A stretch of DNA of 64,000 nucleotides. Origin: Halobacteria archaeon. GTDB lineage: Archaea; Halobacteriota; Syntropharchaeia; JACQPP01. The stretch lies in assembly GCA_038869515.1 (NCBI GenBank), contig JAWCQZ010000008.1, positions 12,633 through 76,632 of the forward strand, given 5' to 3'. Both the position numbers and the translations under genes were made by a program. The notes beneath the pieces are model-generated. The model did not search any database and was not told where the DNA came from. It saw only the letters and a program-made list of their open reading frames with translations. Shown piece by piece: positions 30,526 to 43,541 of the stretch. Positions within the stretch are counted from its first letter, which is position 1. Every line of letters begins with the position of its first letter.

Positions 30526-31809
30526 ATGGACCGCTTCCCGCCCGACTTTCTCTTCGGCGTCGCCACGTCGTCCCACCAGATCGAGGGGAACAACGCGAGC
30601 AGCGACTGGTGGGCCTTCGAGCAGGAGCCGGGACGCATCGAGAACGGCCACCGGTCGGGGCGGGCCTGCGACTTCTGGAACCGCTACCCCGAGGATGTGG
30701 CGCTGATGAAGTCCCTGGGGTTCCAGGCCCACCGCCTCTCCATCGAGTGGAGCCGGGTGGAGCCCGAGCGCGGGCGCTACTCCGAGGAAGCCATCGAGCG
30801 TTACCGGCGCATCCTCCAGGCCCACCGGGAGGCGGGAATCAAGACCTTCGCCACCCTCCACCACTTCACCCTCCCCCGGTGGGTGGCGGAGTCGGGGAAC
30901 CTGCTGGCCGACGGGAACCTGAGGGCCTTCGAGGCCTACGCCGCCCGGACGGTGCGCGCCCTGCGGGGGCTGGTCGACGCCTGGAACACCATCAACGAGC
31001 CGACCGTGTGGGCCTACATGGGGTTCCTCCGCGGGGAGTTCGCGCCGGGCCTCAAGAGTTTCCGGACGTGGGGCAAAGCGCTGAAGGCGGCGCTCCGGGC
31101 GCACGGCCTCGCCTACCACGCGGCCAAGGCGGAGGACCCGCACACCCCGGCGGGCATCGTCGCCAACGTGCCGGTCTACCGGCCCGACCACCGGTGGGAC
31201 CCCGGGGACTACCTGGTGCGGTGGCTCGCCGACGGCCTCTTCAACCGCCCGGTGGTGAAGGCGCTGCGGGAGGGCGTCCTGAAGGTCCCCGGGGCCCCGA
31301 AGGAGAGGGCGCCCGCGCTGGAGGGCTCCTCCGACTTCATCGGCGTCAACTACTACCACCGCATCTGGACCTGCTGGTGGCGCCTCCGGAACCCCCGGTT
31401 CGGGGCGCCGGGGGAGAGGCTCAGCCAGATGGGGTGGGCCTCCTACCCCGACGGCCTCCTCGAGGCCCTGCGGCGCTACGGAGCCCTCGGGAAGCCCCTC
31501 TACGTCACCGAGAACGGCGTCGGGACCGAGGACGACGGATGGCGCGCCGAGTTCCTCCGCGATCATCTCGCCCGGGTGCTGCAGGCGCGGGCCGAAGGGC
31601 TCGACGTCCGGGGCTACTTCCACTGGTCCTACATCGACAACTTCGAGTGGAGCCGGGGGTGGGTGCCGAGGTTCGGGCTGGTCGCCTTCGACCCGGAGAC
31701 CCTGGAGCGGCGGCCCAAGCCCTCGGCGCGGCTCTACGGGGAGGTCGCCCGGAGACGGGAGTTGCCTCCGACAGGTTTTAGCCCGGGCTCCGCGGATTCT
31801 TCCCGATGA
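30526..31809 (+). CDS. glycoside hydrolase family 1 (beta-glucosidase/galactosidase)
   Basis: FLFGVATSSHQIEG, SIEWSR, TINEP (acid/base), VTENG (nucleophile), DNFEW. Confidence 0.93.
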   Translation: MDRFPPDFLFGVATSSHQIEGNNASSDWWAFEQEPGRIENGHRSGRACDFWNRYPEDVALMKSLGFQAHRLSIEWSRVEPERGRYSEEAIERYRRILQAHREAGIKTFATLHHFTLPRWVAESGNLLADGNLRAFEAYAARTVRALRGLVDAWNTINEPTVWAYMGFLRGEFAPGLKSFRTWGKALKAALRAHGLAYHAAKAEDPHTPAGIVANVPVYRPDHRWDPGDYLVRWLADGLFNRPVVKALREGVLKVPGAPKERAPALEGSSDFIGVNYYHRIWTCWWRLRNPRFGAPGERLSQMGWASYPDGLLEALRRYGALGKPLYVTENGVGTEDDGWRAEFLRDHLARVLQARAEGLDVRGYFHWSYIDNFEWSRGWVPRFGLVAFDPETLERRPKPSARLYGEVARRRELPPTGFSPGSADSSR

Positions 31810-32258
31810 GCCAGAAGGTGGACGACCTCGACCTGAAAATCCTCCGGCACCTCCAGGAGGACGCCCGCAAGTCCTACCGGGACATCGCGGAGAAGCTCGA
31901 CGTCGCCGAGGGGACGGTCTACAACCGGGTGAACAAACTCCTCCAGATGGGGGTCATCCGGAAATTCGGGGTTGAGGTCGACTACGGCAAACTCGGCTAC
32001 GACCTCCTGGCGGTGGTGGGCGTCGTCGTGGAGGGGGGAAAACTCCAGGATGTGGAGGAGAAGCTCTCCCACGAGCCCAACGTCACGGCGGTCTACGACG
32101 TCACGGGCGAGTATGACACCGTGGTGGTGGCCCGGTTCAAGGACCGGACCGGCCTGAACCGCTTCATCAAGGCCCTGCTCTCCAACCCCGCGATCAAGAA
32201 GACCTACACCATGATGGCGCTCAACGTGGTGAAGGAAGAGTCGGGCGTCCGCCTCTGA
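31806..32258 (+). CDS. Lrp/AsnC family transcriptional regulator
   Basis: DDLDLKILRHLQEDAR, HTH, YDVTGEYD. Confidence 0.93.
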   Translation: MSQKVDDLDLKILRHLQEDARKSYRDIAEKLDVAEGTVYNRVNKLLQMGVIRKFGVEVDYGKLGYDLLAVVGVVVEGGKLQDVEEKLSHEPNVTAVYDVTGEYDTVVVARFKDRTGLNRFIKALLSNPAIKKTYTMMALNVVKEESGVRL

Positions 32259-32322
32259 CCGCGGGAGCGAGGCGCGCCGGTCTACGGAAAGTTTATCCCT
32301 CTCTCCGGGCCGAGACCCGAAG

Positions 32323-33135
32323 ATGGCCGCCGAAGCGAGACCCGCCAGCGACGCCTTCGAAATCGCCGGCCACCCCTACCCGGACTACCGCACCATCAAG
32401 GTCGCGCTCCACTCCTCCGATCTCTCGACCAAGGTCCGCGTCGAAGTCGCGCGCCGGGACGGCTACGACCTCATCCTGGAGGGCGAGTTCTTCCCCTACA
32501 CTTACCAGAAGGACATGCTCCGCTCCTTCATCCCCGCCGCCAAGGTCGGCGAGCCCGAGACGCGGGTCCTGAGCACCGGTGCCCTCTATCTCACGAACGC
32601 GGTCAAGCGCAAGGAGATTCCCGCGCCCCGAGGAGGCTTCGGGAAAAAGGCGCCGCTGGTTCTCGAGGACAAGTTCAAGCCCCTCCAGGAGAAGGGGCTC
32701 TGCCTCCACGTGGTGGCGCCTGCGGTCTCCACGCGGCTGAACCGCAGCGCCCTCATGAGGGCCCCCGCCCACCAGCACTTCATCGTCTATGACAACAGCG
32801 AGGTCCACGCGGTCCTCAGCCGCACTTTGACCCGGAAGGAGGACGAGATGCTCCGGAGCGCCACCGAGGACCTTCCCGCCACTGCCCTGGAAGACGAGAT
32901 GCGGCCCGCCGTCGAGGTGGTCCACACCGACTTCATCTCCTCGGAACTCATCGGCTACACCCTCGGCAAGCTCCGCCCCTACACCATCGCGGTTGTTAAG
33001 GAGGAGTACCTGGACGGCCCCGCGGCCCTCCCCCGGATCAGGCTCCTGCCCGCCGACAAACTTCCCGGCGACGCCATGCGGCGGGAGGAGAAGAAGAAGA
33101 AAGAACTGGTGGAAGAGAGCATGCTCACGCGGTAA
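32323..33135 (+). CDS. hypothetical protein
   Basis: 270-aa ORF with typical codon usage; promoter-like GAAAGTTTAT upstream. Confidence 0.75.
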   Translation: MAAEARPASDAFEIAGHPYPDYRTIKVALHSSDLSTKVRVEVARRDGYDLILEGEFFPYTYQKDMLRSFIPAAKVGEPETRVLSTGALYLTNAVKRKEIPAPRGGFGKKAPLVLEDKFKPLQEKGLCLHVVAPAVSTRLNRSALMRAPAHQHFIVYDNSEVHAVLSRTLTRKEDEMLRSATEDLPATALEDEMRPAVEVVHTDFISSELIGYTLGKLRPYTIAVVKEEYLDGPAALPRIRLLPADKLPGDAMRREEKKKKELVEESMLTR

Positions 33136-33190
33136 GCGGCCCGGGGATTGCCGGGAGAAAGTTGTTAGCCCGAAATAGGAGACGGAGGAG

Positions 33191-33565
33191 ATGGTCGGCG
33201 AGCCCGCCGTCTGGACCGGCATCGGAGTTCTCGCGGGAGGGACCTACTATGCCATCTTCCGGGGGGTCCGGGCGTCCGGGCTGTGGAAGATGTTCCTCAA
33301 GACCTACGTCCCTCCGGAGCGCCACGGGGACGTCCGCCTACGGGTCGCCTTCGTCTGCTACAACCTCGCCCTCTTCCTGTGGCTCTTCCGCATCTGGGCC
33401 TGGCTGGCGGAGGCGGGGTTCCAGGCGGTTCCCGAGAAGGACCTGATCGAACTCACGAACGGGGTCCTCGGCGCGGTCTACGCGACGGCCATCCTGGGAG
33501 CGGTGATTTTCATTCCCTATGTGCGGAAGCGGGTGGACCTCCTGGAGAGGGAGGAAGGACGCTGA
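33191..33565 (+). CDS. hypothetical membrane protein
   Basis: three hydrophobic segments; GGAGG RBS. Confidence 0.7.
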   Translation: MVGEPAVWTGIGVLAGGTYYAIFRGVRASGLWKMFLKTYVPPERHGDVRLRVAFVCYNLALFLWLFRIWAWLAEAGFQAVPEKDLIELTNGVLGAVYATAILGAVIFIPYVRKRVDLLEREEGR

Positions 33566-33574
33566 CCGGCCGCG

Positions 33575-33967
33575 TTACTTCTCGCCCCGCACGTCGAACT
33601 TCATCTTCCCCATGGAGGTCAGGAGGGTGGTGTCCTGCCCAGTCTGGAGCTTGCCCTGGAGTTCCGGGGGAATCTTGAGCTCGAAGTTCGCGTAGGTCGA
33701 GAGGTCCATCAGTTGGGCCGTGTCCCCGACGATGTTGAGGATCTGGACCCCCTTCCGCTCCACCACCGGGATGTAGATTTTGGCGTCCACGGGCTGGACC
33801 ACGGAGCGCTTCACGCCGTCGAAGAGGCCGATGGCCTCGACCCGCAGTTTCGCGGCGCCGTGCTTCCCGGGCTTGGAGTGGGCGGTGCTGACGACGACGC
33901 AGGGCTCCTCGTCAATCAGGAGATACTTCCCCTCCTTGATCTCCTTCATCTCGGCCTGGATTTTCAT
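33575..33967 (-). CDS. eif5a: translation initiation factor IF-5A
   Basis: hypusine loop SKPGKHGAAK. Confidence 0.96.
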   Translation of the reverse strand: MKIQAEMKEIKEGKYLLIDEEPCVVVSTAHSKPGKHGAAKLRVEAIGLFDGVKRSVVQPVDAKIYIPVVERKGVQILNIVGDTAQLMDLSTYANFELKIPPELQGKLQTGQDTTLLTSMGKMKFDVRGEK

Positions 33968-34113
33968 CTACGATGGCCCATCGGGGGACGGGGTTAAAAG
34001 ATTTCTCTTGCTGCCGGTCCTGTCGACACCCGTTGCCGACGGGACGGGAGGGTTCCCGAGTGGACCGGCAACACGAACCGAAGATTTCTTATGATGCTCT
34101 TGGATTGGCAGCG

Positions 34114-35127
34114 ATGGCCCGCAAAGCGGACTTCCTGCGCCACCCCACGGTCCCCATCTCCGTAGGCAGGAAATCGGTCTCGGAACTCGCGCGGCAGATG
34201 GCCAGGACGGGCTTCCAGGGCCGGACCCTGGGCCAGGCGGTGGACGTCTGGGAGCAGATGTTCCGGAGGAAGGGGATGACGATTTTCCTGGGCCTCACGG
34301 GGGCGATGGTCCCGGCGGGCATGCGGCGAGTCATCGCGTTCCTCATCGAGCGAAAACTGGTGGACTGCATCGTCTCGACCGGCGCGAACCTGTTCCACGA
34401 CGCCTACGAGGCCCTGGGCCGGAAGCACTACCAGGGGACCGACACGGTGGACGACGCGGCCCTCCAGCGGTACCACATCGACCGGATGTATGACGTCTAC
34501 GCCTCCGAGGACGAGTTCCGGATTCTCGACTGGAAGATCGCGGGGTTCGCGCGCTCCATCTCCCCCTGCCGCATCTCCACCCGGGAATTCATGCGCCGGT
34601 GGGGCCGCGAACTGGCCCGGATGGGAGGGGCCCGGGACTCCATCGTGGTGGCCGCCTACCGGAACCACGTCCCCCTCTTCGTCCCCGCCATCTGCGACAG
34701 CGGCTACGGAATCGCCCTCCACCTGGCCCGGAGGAGGGGGGTGGACATCGACCTCGACCAGTTGAAGGACGTGGAGGAGATTGTGGAGTTGTACGGCGCG
34801 AGCCGCGAGACCGGGGGAATCTACGTCGGAGGCGGCGTGCCCCGGAACTTCATCCAGCAGACCTCTGTCATCGAGGACATCGTGGAGCAGAACGCGCCCC
34901 ACCAGTACGGCATCCAGTTCACCATCGACCCGCCCCACTACGGCGGCCTCTCCGGCTCCACCTTCTCCGAGGCGGTCTCCTGGGGGAAGTACCACCCCCG
35001 GGACGCCAAGATGGTCCAGGTGTTCGCCGACGCCACCATCGCCCTGCCCATCGTCGCCCACGCCCTGGAGGAGCGGACCCGGGGGCTCAAGCGGAAGCGC
35101 GTCCGGCCGCCCTGGCCCCTCGACTGA
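34114..35127 (+). CDS. dys: deoxyhypusine synthase
   Basis: TGAMVPAG, TGANLFHD, GGLSGSTFSEAVSWGK, ADATIALP. Confidence 0.93.
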   Translation: MARKADFLRHPTVPISVGRKSVSELARQMARTGFQGRTLGQAVDVWEQMFRRKGMTIFLGLTGAMVPAGMRRVIAFLIERKLVDCIVSTGANLFHDAYEALGRKHYQGTDTVDDAALQRYHIDRMYDVYASEDEFRILDWKIAGFARSISPCRISTREFMRRWGRELARMGGARDSIVVAAYRNHVPLFVPAICDSGYGIALHLARRRGVDIDLDQLKDVEEIVELYGASRETGGIYVGGGVPRNFIQQTSVIEDIVEQNAPHQYGIQFTIDPPHYGGLSGSTFSEAVSWGKYHPRDAKMVQVFADATIALPIVAHALEERTRGLKRKRVRPPWPLD

Positions 35128-35917
35128 CTCCGCGGCCGGAGGCCCGCAGCGCCACCCGGCCCGCCGCCACCGCCGCGCCGAAGCCGTTCCCGATGTTCAC
35201 GACGGTGAGCCCGGGGGAGCACGACTGGAGCATCGTGAGGAGCGCCCCCAACCCCTCGCCGCCCGCCCCGTAGCCGCTCCGGGCCGGGACGCCGACCACC
35301 GGGACGTCCACCAGCCCCGCCACCACCGAAGGCAGCACCCCCTCCATCCCCGCCACCACGATGAGGGCGTCCACCCTCTCCGACATCTCCTCCAGGGGGC
35401 CGTAGAGGCGGTGGATGCCCGCCACCCCCACGTCGTAGGCCCGCTCCACCCCGACCCCCATCGCTTCCAGAGTGAGCGCCGCCTCCTCCGCGACCGGGAT
35501 GTCGGAGGTGCCGGCGGTCAGGATCCCCACCCGCCCCCGGGGGGCGGGCCGGAGGTCTTTCCGCCGGACCAGGAGGACCCCCGCCTCAGGATGGTGGGTG
35601 ACCTGGAAGCCCCTGAGGGCCCTGCGCGCCGCCCGCGCGCCCGCGGGAGTGACGCGGGTCGCCAGGGCGACTCCGTTGTGGCGGACCATCTCCCGCAGGA
35701 GGCGGGCCACGTCCTGTGGCCGCTTGTTCTGCCCCATGACCGCCTCCGGCGCGCCGGTCCGGTGGTGGCGGAGGAGGTCGAGGCGGGCGCGGCCCGAGAC
35801 CTCCCGGACCGCCAGGCGCGCCAGGGCCTTCCGGGCCTCCCCGGGCCCGAGGAGACCCCGGCGGAGGTCCCCGAGAAGCCGCTCCAGGGAGTCGGGGGCC
35901 CGGTTTCGCGCCGCCAT
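35087..35917 (-). CDS. larB: nickel pincer cofactor biosynthesis protein LarB (PurE-like)
   Basis: AGTSDIPVAEEA, DVGVAGIHRL, AGMEGVLPSVV, MLQSCSPG, NIGNGFGAA. Confidence 0.9.
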   Translation of the reverse strand: MAARNRAPDSLERLLGDLRRGLLGPGEARKALARLAVREVSGRARLDLLRHHRTGAPEAVMGQNKRPQDVARLLREMVRHNGVALATRVTPAGARAARRALRGFQVTHHPEAGVLLVRRKDLRPAPRGRVGILTAGTSDIPVAEEAALTLEAMGVGVERAYDVGVAGIHRLYGPLEEMSERVDALIVVAGMEGVLPSVVAGLVDVPVVGVPARSGYGAGGEGLGALLTMLQSCSPGLTVVNIGNGFGAAVAAGRVALRASGRGVSRGARAAGRASA

Positions 35918-35939
35918 GGTTCCCACCCGCTCCCGGGGC

Positions 35940-39167
<3,228 letters not shown>

Positions 39168-39220
39168 GTCCTGTTCCAAAGTTGCGACACGCCCCCGGCG
39201 GAAAAGACTTTGGGACAGCC

Positions 39221-40252
39221 TCAGTGGAAAATCTGCGCCACCGCTTCCGCCAGCCGCCGGTTGTCGGGCCGCGTCCGAATTCCCAATCGGAGGTAGCGGG
39301 GCAGGCCGAAGGAGGCGCAGTCCCGGACCAGGAGGCCGCGCTTCAGGAGGTCGCGGGCGGCCCGCGACGCCCCGCCGGGGGCCTCGGCGGTGAGGAAAGG
39401 GGCCGCGCTCGGCTGCGGGCGGAGGGGAGTAGCGGCGAGTTCCTCGGTGAGCCACGCCCGCTCCCGGGCCACGAGCCGCCTCGACCTTTCGAGGAACGGC
39501 CCCGCCCCCCGGAAGCAGGCCCGCGCCGCCTCCTCGGCGGGGACCGAGAGGGACCAAGGGCTCCGCAGCGCCTCCAGGGCATCCGCCACCGGGGGCGAGG
39601 CGGCGGCGAAGCCCGCCCGGAGGCCGGGGAGGCCGAACGCCTTGCTGAGGCTCCGGAGGACCAGGAGCCCTTCGAAGTCCGCCGCGTCGGGGGCGACCGA
39701 CTGGGCGGGGTCCGACAACTCGACGAAGGACTCATCTACCACCAGCACCGCGCCGCGCCGGTCGCACTCCTCAGCCAGGGAGAGGACTTCGTCCCGGAGA
39801 AGCAGATCCCCGGTGGGGTTGTTGGGGTTGCAGGCGAAGACCACGCGGGAGGAGTCGGGGCCGGAGCCCTCCTTCGCCTCAGCCCCCGCGAGCATCGCCC
39901 GGAAGCGATACTCCTCGTAGGTGGGGCTGCGGACCACCACCCGGTCGCCGGGCTCGAGAAACGCGCGGACGGCGAGCTCGATGAGTTCGGTGGAGCCGTT
40001 GCCGGGGACGACCAGTTCGGGGGACGAGCCGCAGAAGCGGGCCGCGGCCTCCCGGAACTCCGCATACCGGTCGTCGGGGTAGTGGGCCAACTCCTTCGCG
40101 CACTCCCGCAGGGCGCGGGCCACCGGGAAGGAGAGGGGGTTGGTGCAGGCGGAGAAGTCGAGGACCTCGCGGCCGGCGGCTTCAGAGGCGGCGCGGACGT
40201 TGCCGCCGTGGACCGGCCTTCTGGGGAACTGGGCACCCTGAACTCGGCTCAT
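39221..40252 (-). CDS. class I PLP enzyme, threonine-phosphate decarboxylase CobD / HisC-like
   Basis: [46 protein letters not shown]. Confidence 0.82.
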   Translation of the reverse strand: MSRVQGAQFPRRPVHGGNVRAASEAAGREVLDFSACTNPLSFPVARALRECAKELAHYPDDRYAEFREAAARFCGSSPELVVPGNGSTELIELAVRAFLEPGDRVVVRSPTYEEYRFRAMLAGAEAKEGSGPDSSRVVFACNPNNPTGDLLLRDEVLSLAEECDRRGAVLVVDESFVELSDPAQSVAPDAADFEGLLVLRSLSKAFGLPGLRAGFAAASPPVADALEALRSPWSLSVPAEEAARACFRGAGPFLERSRRLVARERAWLTEELAATPLRPQPSAAPFLTAEAPGGASRAARDLLKRGLLVRDCASFGLPRYLRLGIRTRPDNRRLAEAVAQIFH

Positions 40253-40289
40253 CCTGCCCGGGTTCCGGTGCGGCACAAAAAGACGCCGC

Positions 40290-40448
40290 TCACTCTTTTT
40301 CGAGGTAGCCGATGAAATGGGAGACCGCGTGGGCCACGAAGTCCGACCTTGAGGTGAACCTCTTCCTCGCGATGAGGGCGTCCATCTTCTCGACGACGTA
40401 GGGCGAGAGATAGGTCTGGATTCGCTCCTTGTTCTTGTTTTTCGGCAT
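40290..40448 (-). CDS. ribbon-helix-helix (CopG/Arc/MetJ) DNA-binding protein, 52 aa
   Basis: MPKNKNKERIQTYLSPYVVEKMDALIARKRFTSRSDFVAHAVSHFIGYLEKE; AGGGGG RBS; absent from the ORF track. Confidence 0.8.
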   Translation of the reverse strand: MPKNKNKERIQTYLSPYVVEKMDALIARKRFTSRSDFVAHAVSHFIGYLEKE

Positions 40449-40471
40449 GGCCCCCTACGCGTTTCGCCGGT

Positions 40472-41704
40472 TCATTGCGCGGAACTCTCCGTGATTTCCC
40501 CGGCCACATTCGTCTGCATGAGACGCTTCACCCCGTCCAGGTCGCGGGTCTGCCCCAGCACCCACATCAGTTTCACGTAGGCGGTCTCCGGCAGCATGTC
40601 CTCCGCCTCAATCACCCCGGCCCTCAGCAGGTCGCGCCCCGTGTCGTAGACCCGGTCGTTCACCCTTCCCTGCAAACACTGGGAGGCCATGACCACCGGG
40701 ATGCCCCGCTTCACCAGTTTGCGGACGGCAGGAATCCACGACGAGGCGACGTGGCCGAGGCCGGTCCCTTCCAGCACCACTCCACGGGCCCCCTGGGCGG
40801 CCCGTTCCAGTGCTTGCGGCCCGAGGCCGGGGGCGAACTTCACCAGCGCGACCTTCGGCTCCATCTTCAGGCGCGCTTTCAACTCCCCGCCCCGGGGCCG
40901 CCTCGGGAGGAAGAACTCCACCCTCCGGCTCGCGAACTCCACGAACCCGAGGGGGCCCGGCTGCGACTCGAACGCGTCGCGGCGGGAGGTGTGGTTCTTG
41001 CGGACCCGGGTGCCGCGATGGATGGCGCACACCCCGTCGGCGGTCCCGGCGTGCATCACCACCGCCACCTCGGCGAAGTCGGCCAGGGCCGCCTCGGCGG
41101 CGCAGACCGCGTTGATGGCGGCGTCGCTGCTGGGGCGGTCGGAGGAGCGCTGGGCGCCGGTAAGGACCACGGGCACCGGGCTCTCCAGCAGGAAGGCGAG
41201 GGCGGCGGCGGTGTAGCCCATGGTGTCGGTCCCGTGGGTGACAAGAACCCCGTCGGCCCCCTTGCGGATTTCGTCCGCGATTTTCCTGGCGAGCGTGACC
41301 CACCGGGCGGGGGTCATGTTCTCGCTGAGGAGGGAGAAGACCGGCTCCGCCCGGAGGCGGGCGACCCCCTTCAATTCGGGGATGGCCTCCACCAGGTCCC
41401 CAGCCGAAAACTGGCTGGTGACGGCCCCGGTCCGGTAGTCCACCCGGGAGGCGATGGTGCCTCCGGTGGAGAGTATCGCGAGGGTTCGCGCTGGGCCTCC
41501 GACCGGGAGCGGCTTCGGGGCGGAGGGTCGCTCCGGGGCGGCCTTCTCCAGCAGGGTCACCTTCGCCCCGGGACCGATCCCCACGTTGTAGCCGCTGTCG
41601 AGTTTCACCACGGGGCCCGCGCCGGGAGAGGGCATGAGGACCCCCTCGATGGCCCGACTTCCCTTCACGACCCGGACCCGGTCTCCGGGGGCGGGCCTGC
41701 TCAT
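40472..41704 (-). CDS. gatD: Glu-tRNA(Gln) amidotransferase subunit GatD
   Basis: KLDSGYNVG, TGGTIASRVDYRTGAV, HGTDTM, GAQRSSDRPSSD, HTSRRDAF. Confidence 0.96.
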   Translation of the reverse strand: MSRPAPGDRVRVVKGSRAIEGVLMPSPGAGPVVKLDSGYNVGIGPGAKVTLLEKAAPERPSAPKPLPVGGPARTLAILSTGGTIASRVDYRTGAVTSQFSAGDLVEAIPELKGVARLRAEPVFSLLSENMTPARWVTLARKIADEIRKGADGVLVTHGTDTMGYTAAALAFLLESPVPVVLTGAQRSSDRPSSDAAINAVCAAEAALADFAEVAVVMHAGTADGVCAIHRGTRVRKNHTSRRDAFESQPGPLGFVEFASRRVEFFLPRRPRGGELKARLKMEPKVALVKFAPGLGPQALERAAQGARGVVLEGTGLGHVASSWIPAVRKLVKRGIPVVMASQCLQGRVNDRVYDTGRDLLRAGVIEAEDMLPETAYVKLMWVLGQTRDLDGVKRLMQTNVAGEITESSAQ

Positions 41705-41786
41705 CGTTGACTGGCCGGAACGCGGCCGAAGGCCGCGGTCGGCAGGCCAGACGACGCGCTCGTCGCGTCGAAAGTCAAACTTTTCG

Positions 41787-43274
41787 TCATTTGAGAAGGG
41801 CCCGGACAGCGGCCCGGGTCTCCGCCCGTGCCGCCTCGATTCTCCGCTCCCTCTCGGAGACCCACTGCCGGTCGTCCCGGAGGGTCTCGCGGGCGGCCGC
41901 CACCGCGCGGCCCAACTCGGCGGGCGACGGGCCCCCGCGCCCCCGCGCCTCCACGGCCCCCCGGGGGTCGAGGCACCGCTCGAACTCCTTCGGGCCGAAG
42001 CCGGCCGACTTGAGGGGGCGGCCGGTGGCCTTCTTGAAGGCCGCCTCCAGGCGCGGGTAGGAGGGGGCGTGGCCGAGGGAGCCGACGATCCGGTGGGCCT
42101 GGCGGAAGGGGATCCCGGTGAGGTGGGCGAGGGTGTCGGCCACGTCGGTTGCGGTGGAGAAATCGGCCCCGGCCATCCTCTCCATGAGGCCCCTGCGGAT
42201 GTCCATGGTCCGGACCATCTCCTCCATCGCCTCGAGGCAGCCCCGGGTCCCCCGGAGCGCCCGGAGGAGGAGCGGGGTCATCTCCTGGAGGTCCCGGTTG
42301 TAGGCGAGGGGGAGGTTCTTCGCCATCGCCGCCGCGGCGGTCAGGGCGCCGAGAGCGAGGCCGGCCCGGCCCCGGATGAGTTCGGCGGCGTCGGGATTAC
42401 GCTTCTGGGGCATGATGGAGGAGCCGGTGGCCCAGCCCGGGGCGAGGACCACGAAGCCGAAGGCGGGGCTCGACCAGTTCACCAGTTCCTCGGCCATGCG
42501 GCTGAGGCGGACCATCAGCAGGGCCAAGGCCGCCAGGGCCTCCAGCAGGAAGTCCCGGTCCCCGGTGGCGTCCATGGAGTTCTCGAAGACCCCGTCGAAC
42601 CCGAGCAGGCGGGCGGTGGTGTCGGAGTCCACCGGCCAGCGGGTCGAGGCGAGAGCGGCGGCTCCCAGGGGGGAGACATTGAGGCGGGGCCAGAGGTCGC
42701 GGAGGCGGGCGGTGTCCCGCCCGAGGCCCGCGGCGTGGGCGAGGAGGTGGTGGCCGAGGGTCGTGGGCTGGGCGGGCTGGAGGTGGGTGAAGCCGGGCAT
42801 GAGGGTCCCCGCCTCCTCGGTGGCCCGCGCGACGAGGACGGCCCGGAGGTCGAGGAGCGCTCTGTGGACGGCCAGAAGGTCGTCCCGGAGGGCGACGCGG
42901 ATGCAGGTGGCCACCTCGTCGTTCCGGGAGCGGGCCGTGTGCATCCTGCCCCCGGCGGGGCCGATGCGCTCCGTCAACTCCGCCTCGATGGCGGTGTGGA
43001 GGTCCTCCCGCTCCTCGAGGCGGATTCCGGCGACCCCGTCCCTCTCGATCGAGTCGAGGCCCTGCAGAATCCGGGCCGCCTCCGCCTTCGGGAGAATCCG
43101 CTGCTTCGCGAGCATGGCGACGTGGGCCCGGTCCACCCAGAGGTCGGCCGGGAAGAGCCAGGGGTCGGCCTCGAGGGAGCGGAGGAACGATTGGGGGGCG
43201 GCACGAAGTCCCGGGCCCCCCGGAAACCCTCCCGCCCCGTCGGCGCGGGCCTCAAACTTGCGTGCCTTCGGCAC
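41787..43274 (-). CDS. argH: argininosuccinate lyase
   Basis: EDLHTAIE, HTARSRNDE, MPGFTHLQPAQP, GSSIMPQKRNPD, YNRDLQE; start uncertain. Confidence 0.94.
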   Translation of the reverse strand: MPKARKFEARADGAGGFPGGPGLRAAPQSFLRSLEADPWLFPADLWVDRAHVAMLAKQRILPKAEAARILQGLDSIERDGVAGIRLEEREDLHTAIEAELTERIGPAGGRMHTARSRNDEVATCIRVALRDDLLAVHRALLDLRAVLVARATEEAGTLMPGFTHLQPAQPTTLGHHLLAHAAGLGRDTARLRDLWPRLNVSPLGAAALASTRWPVDSDTTARLLGFDGVFENSMDATGDRDFLLEALAALALLMVRLSRMAEELVNWSSPAFGFVVLAPGWATGSSIMPQKRNPDAAELIRGRAGLALGALTAAAAMAKNLPLAYNRDLQEMTPLLLRALRGTRGCLEAMEEMVRTMDIRRGLMERMAGADFSTATDVADTLAHLTGIPFRQAHRIVGSLGHAPSYPRLEAAFKKATGRPLKSAGFGPKEFERCLDPRGAVEARGRGGPSPAELGRAVAAARETLRDDRQWVSERERRIEAARAETRAAVRALLK

Positions 43275-43541
43275 GCGTGGCAATCTGGGAGGCCCGCGCC
43301 GGCCCCATCGGGAACCCTCTCGTTTCGCCGGGACTTGCCATTTGCCGCTGCGGACCATAGAAGGGCCACGCCCCTTCACCGAAAAAACCTTCGGTTAGAA
43401 CCCGTCGCAGCAAGGCGATTTTGCGGGGATGGGGGGGGCGCGTGCGTGATCGCCGGCGAAAACCGGGGTGGGGGGCGGGCTTGTGGACGGGGAGTCACGG
43501 CCAGCGACCCCCCGGGGCGGAGCCCCTCCCCCCGGCGACAG

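Noticed and set aside
35087..35127. 41-bp convergent overlap of dys and larB, considered as a frameshift or pseudogene sign
   Set aside because: Both proteins are complete before the overlap, and such tail overlaps are common in this compact high-GC window
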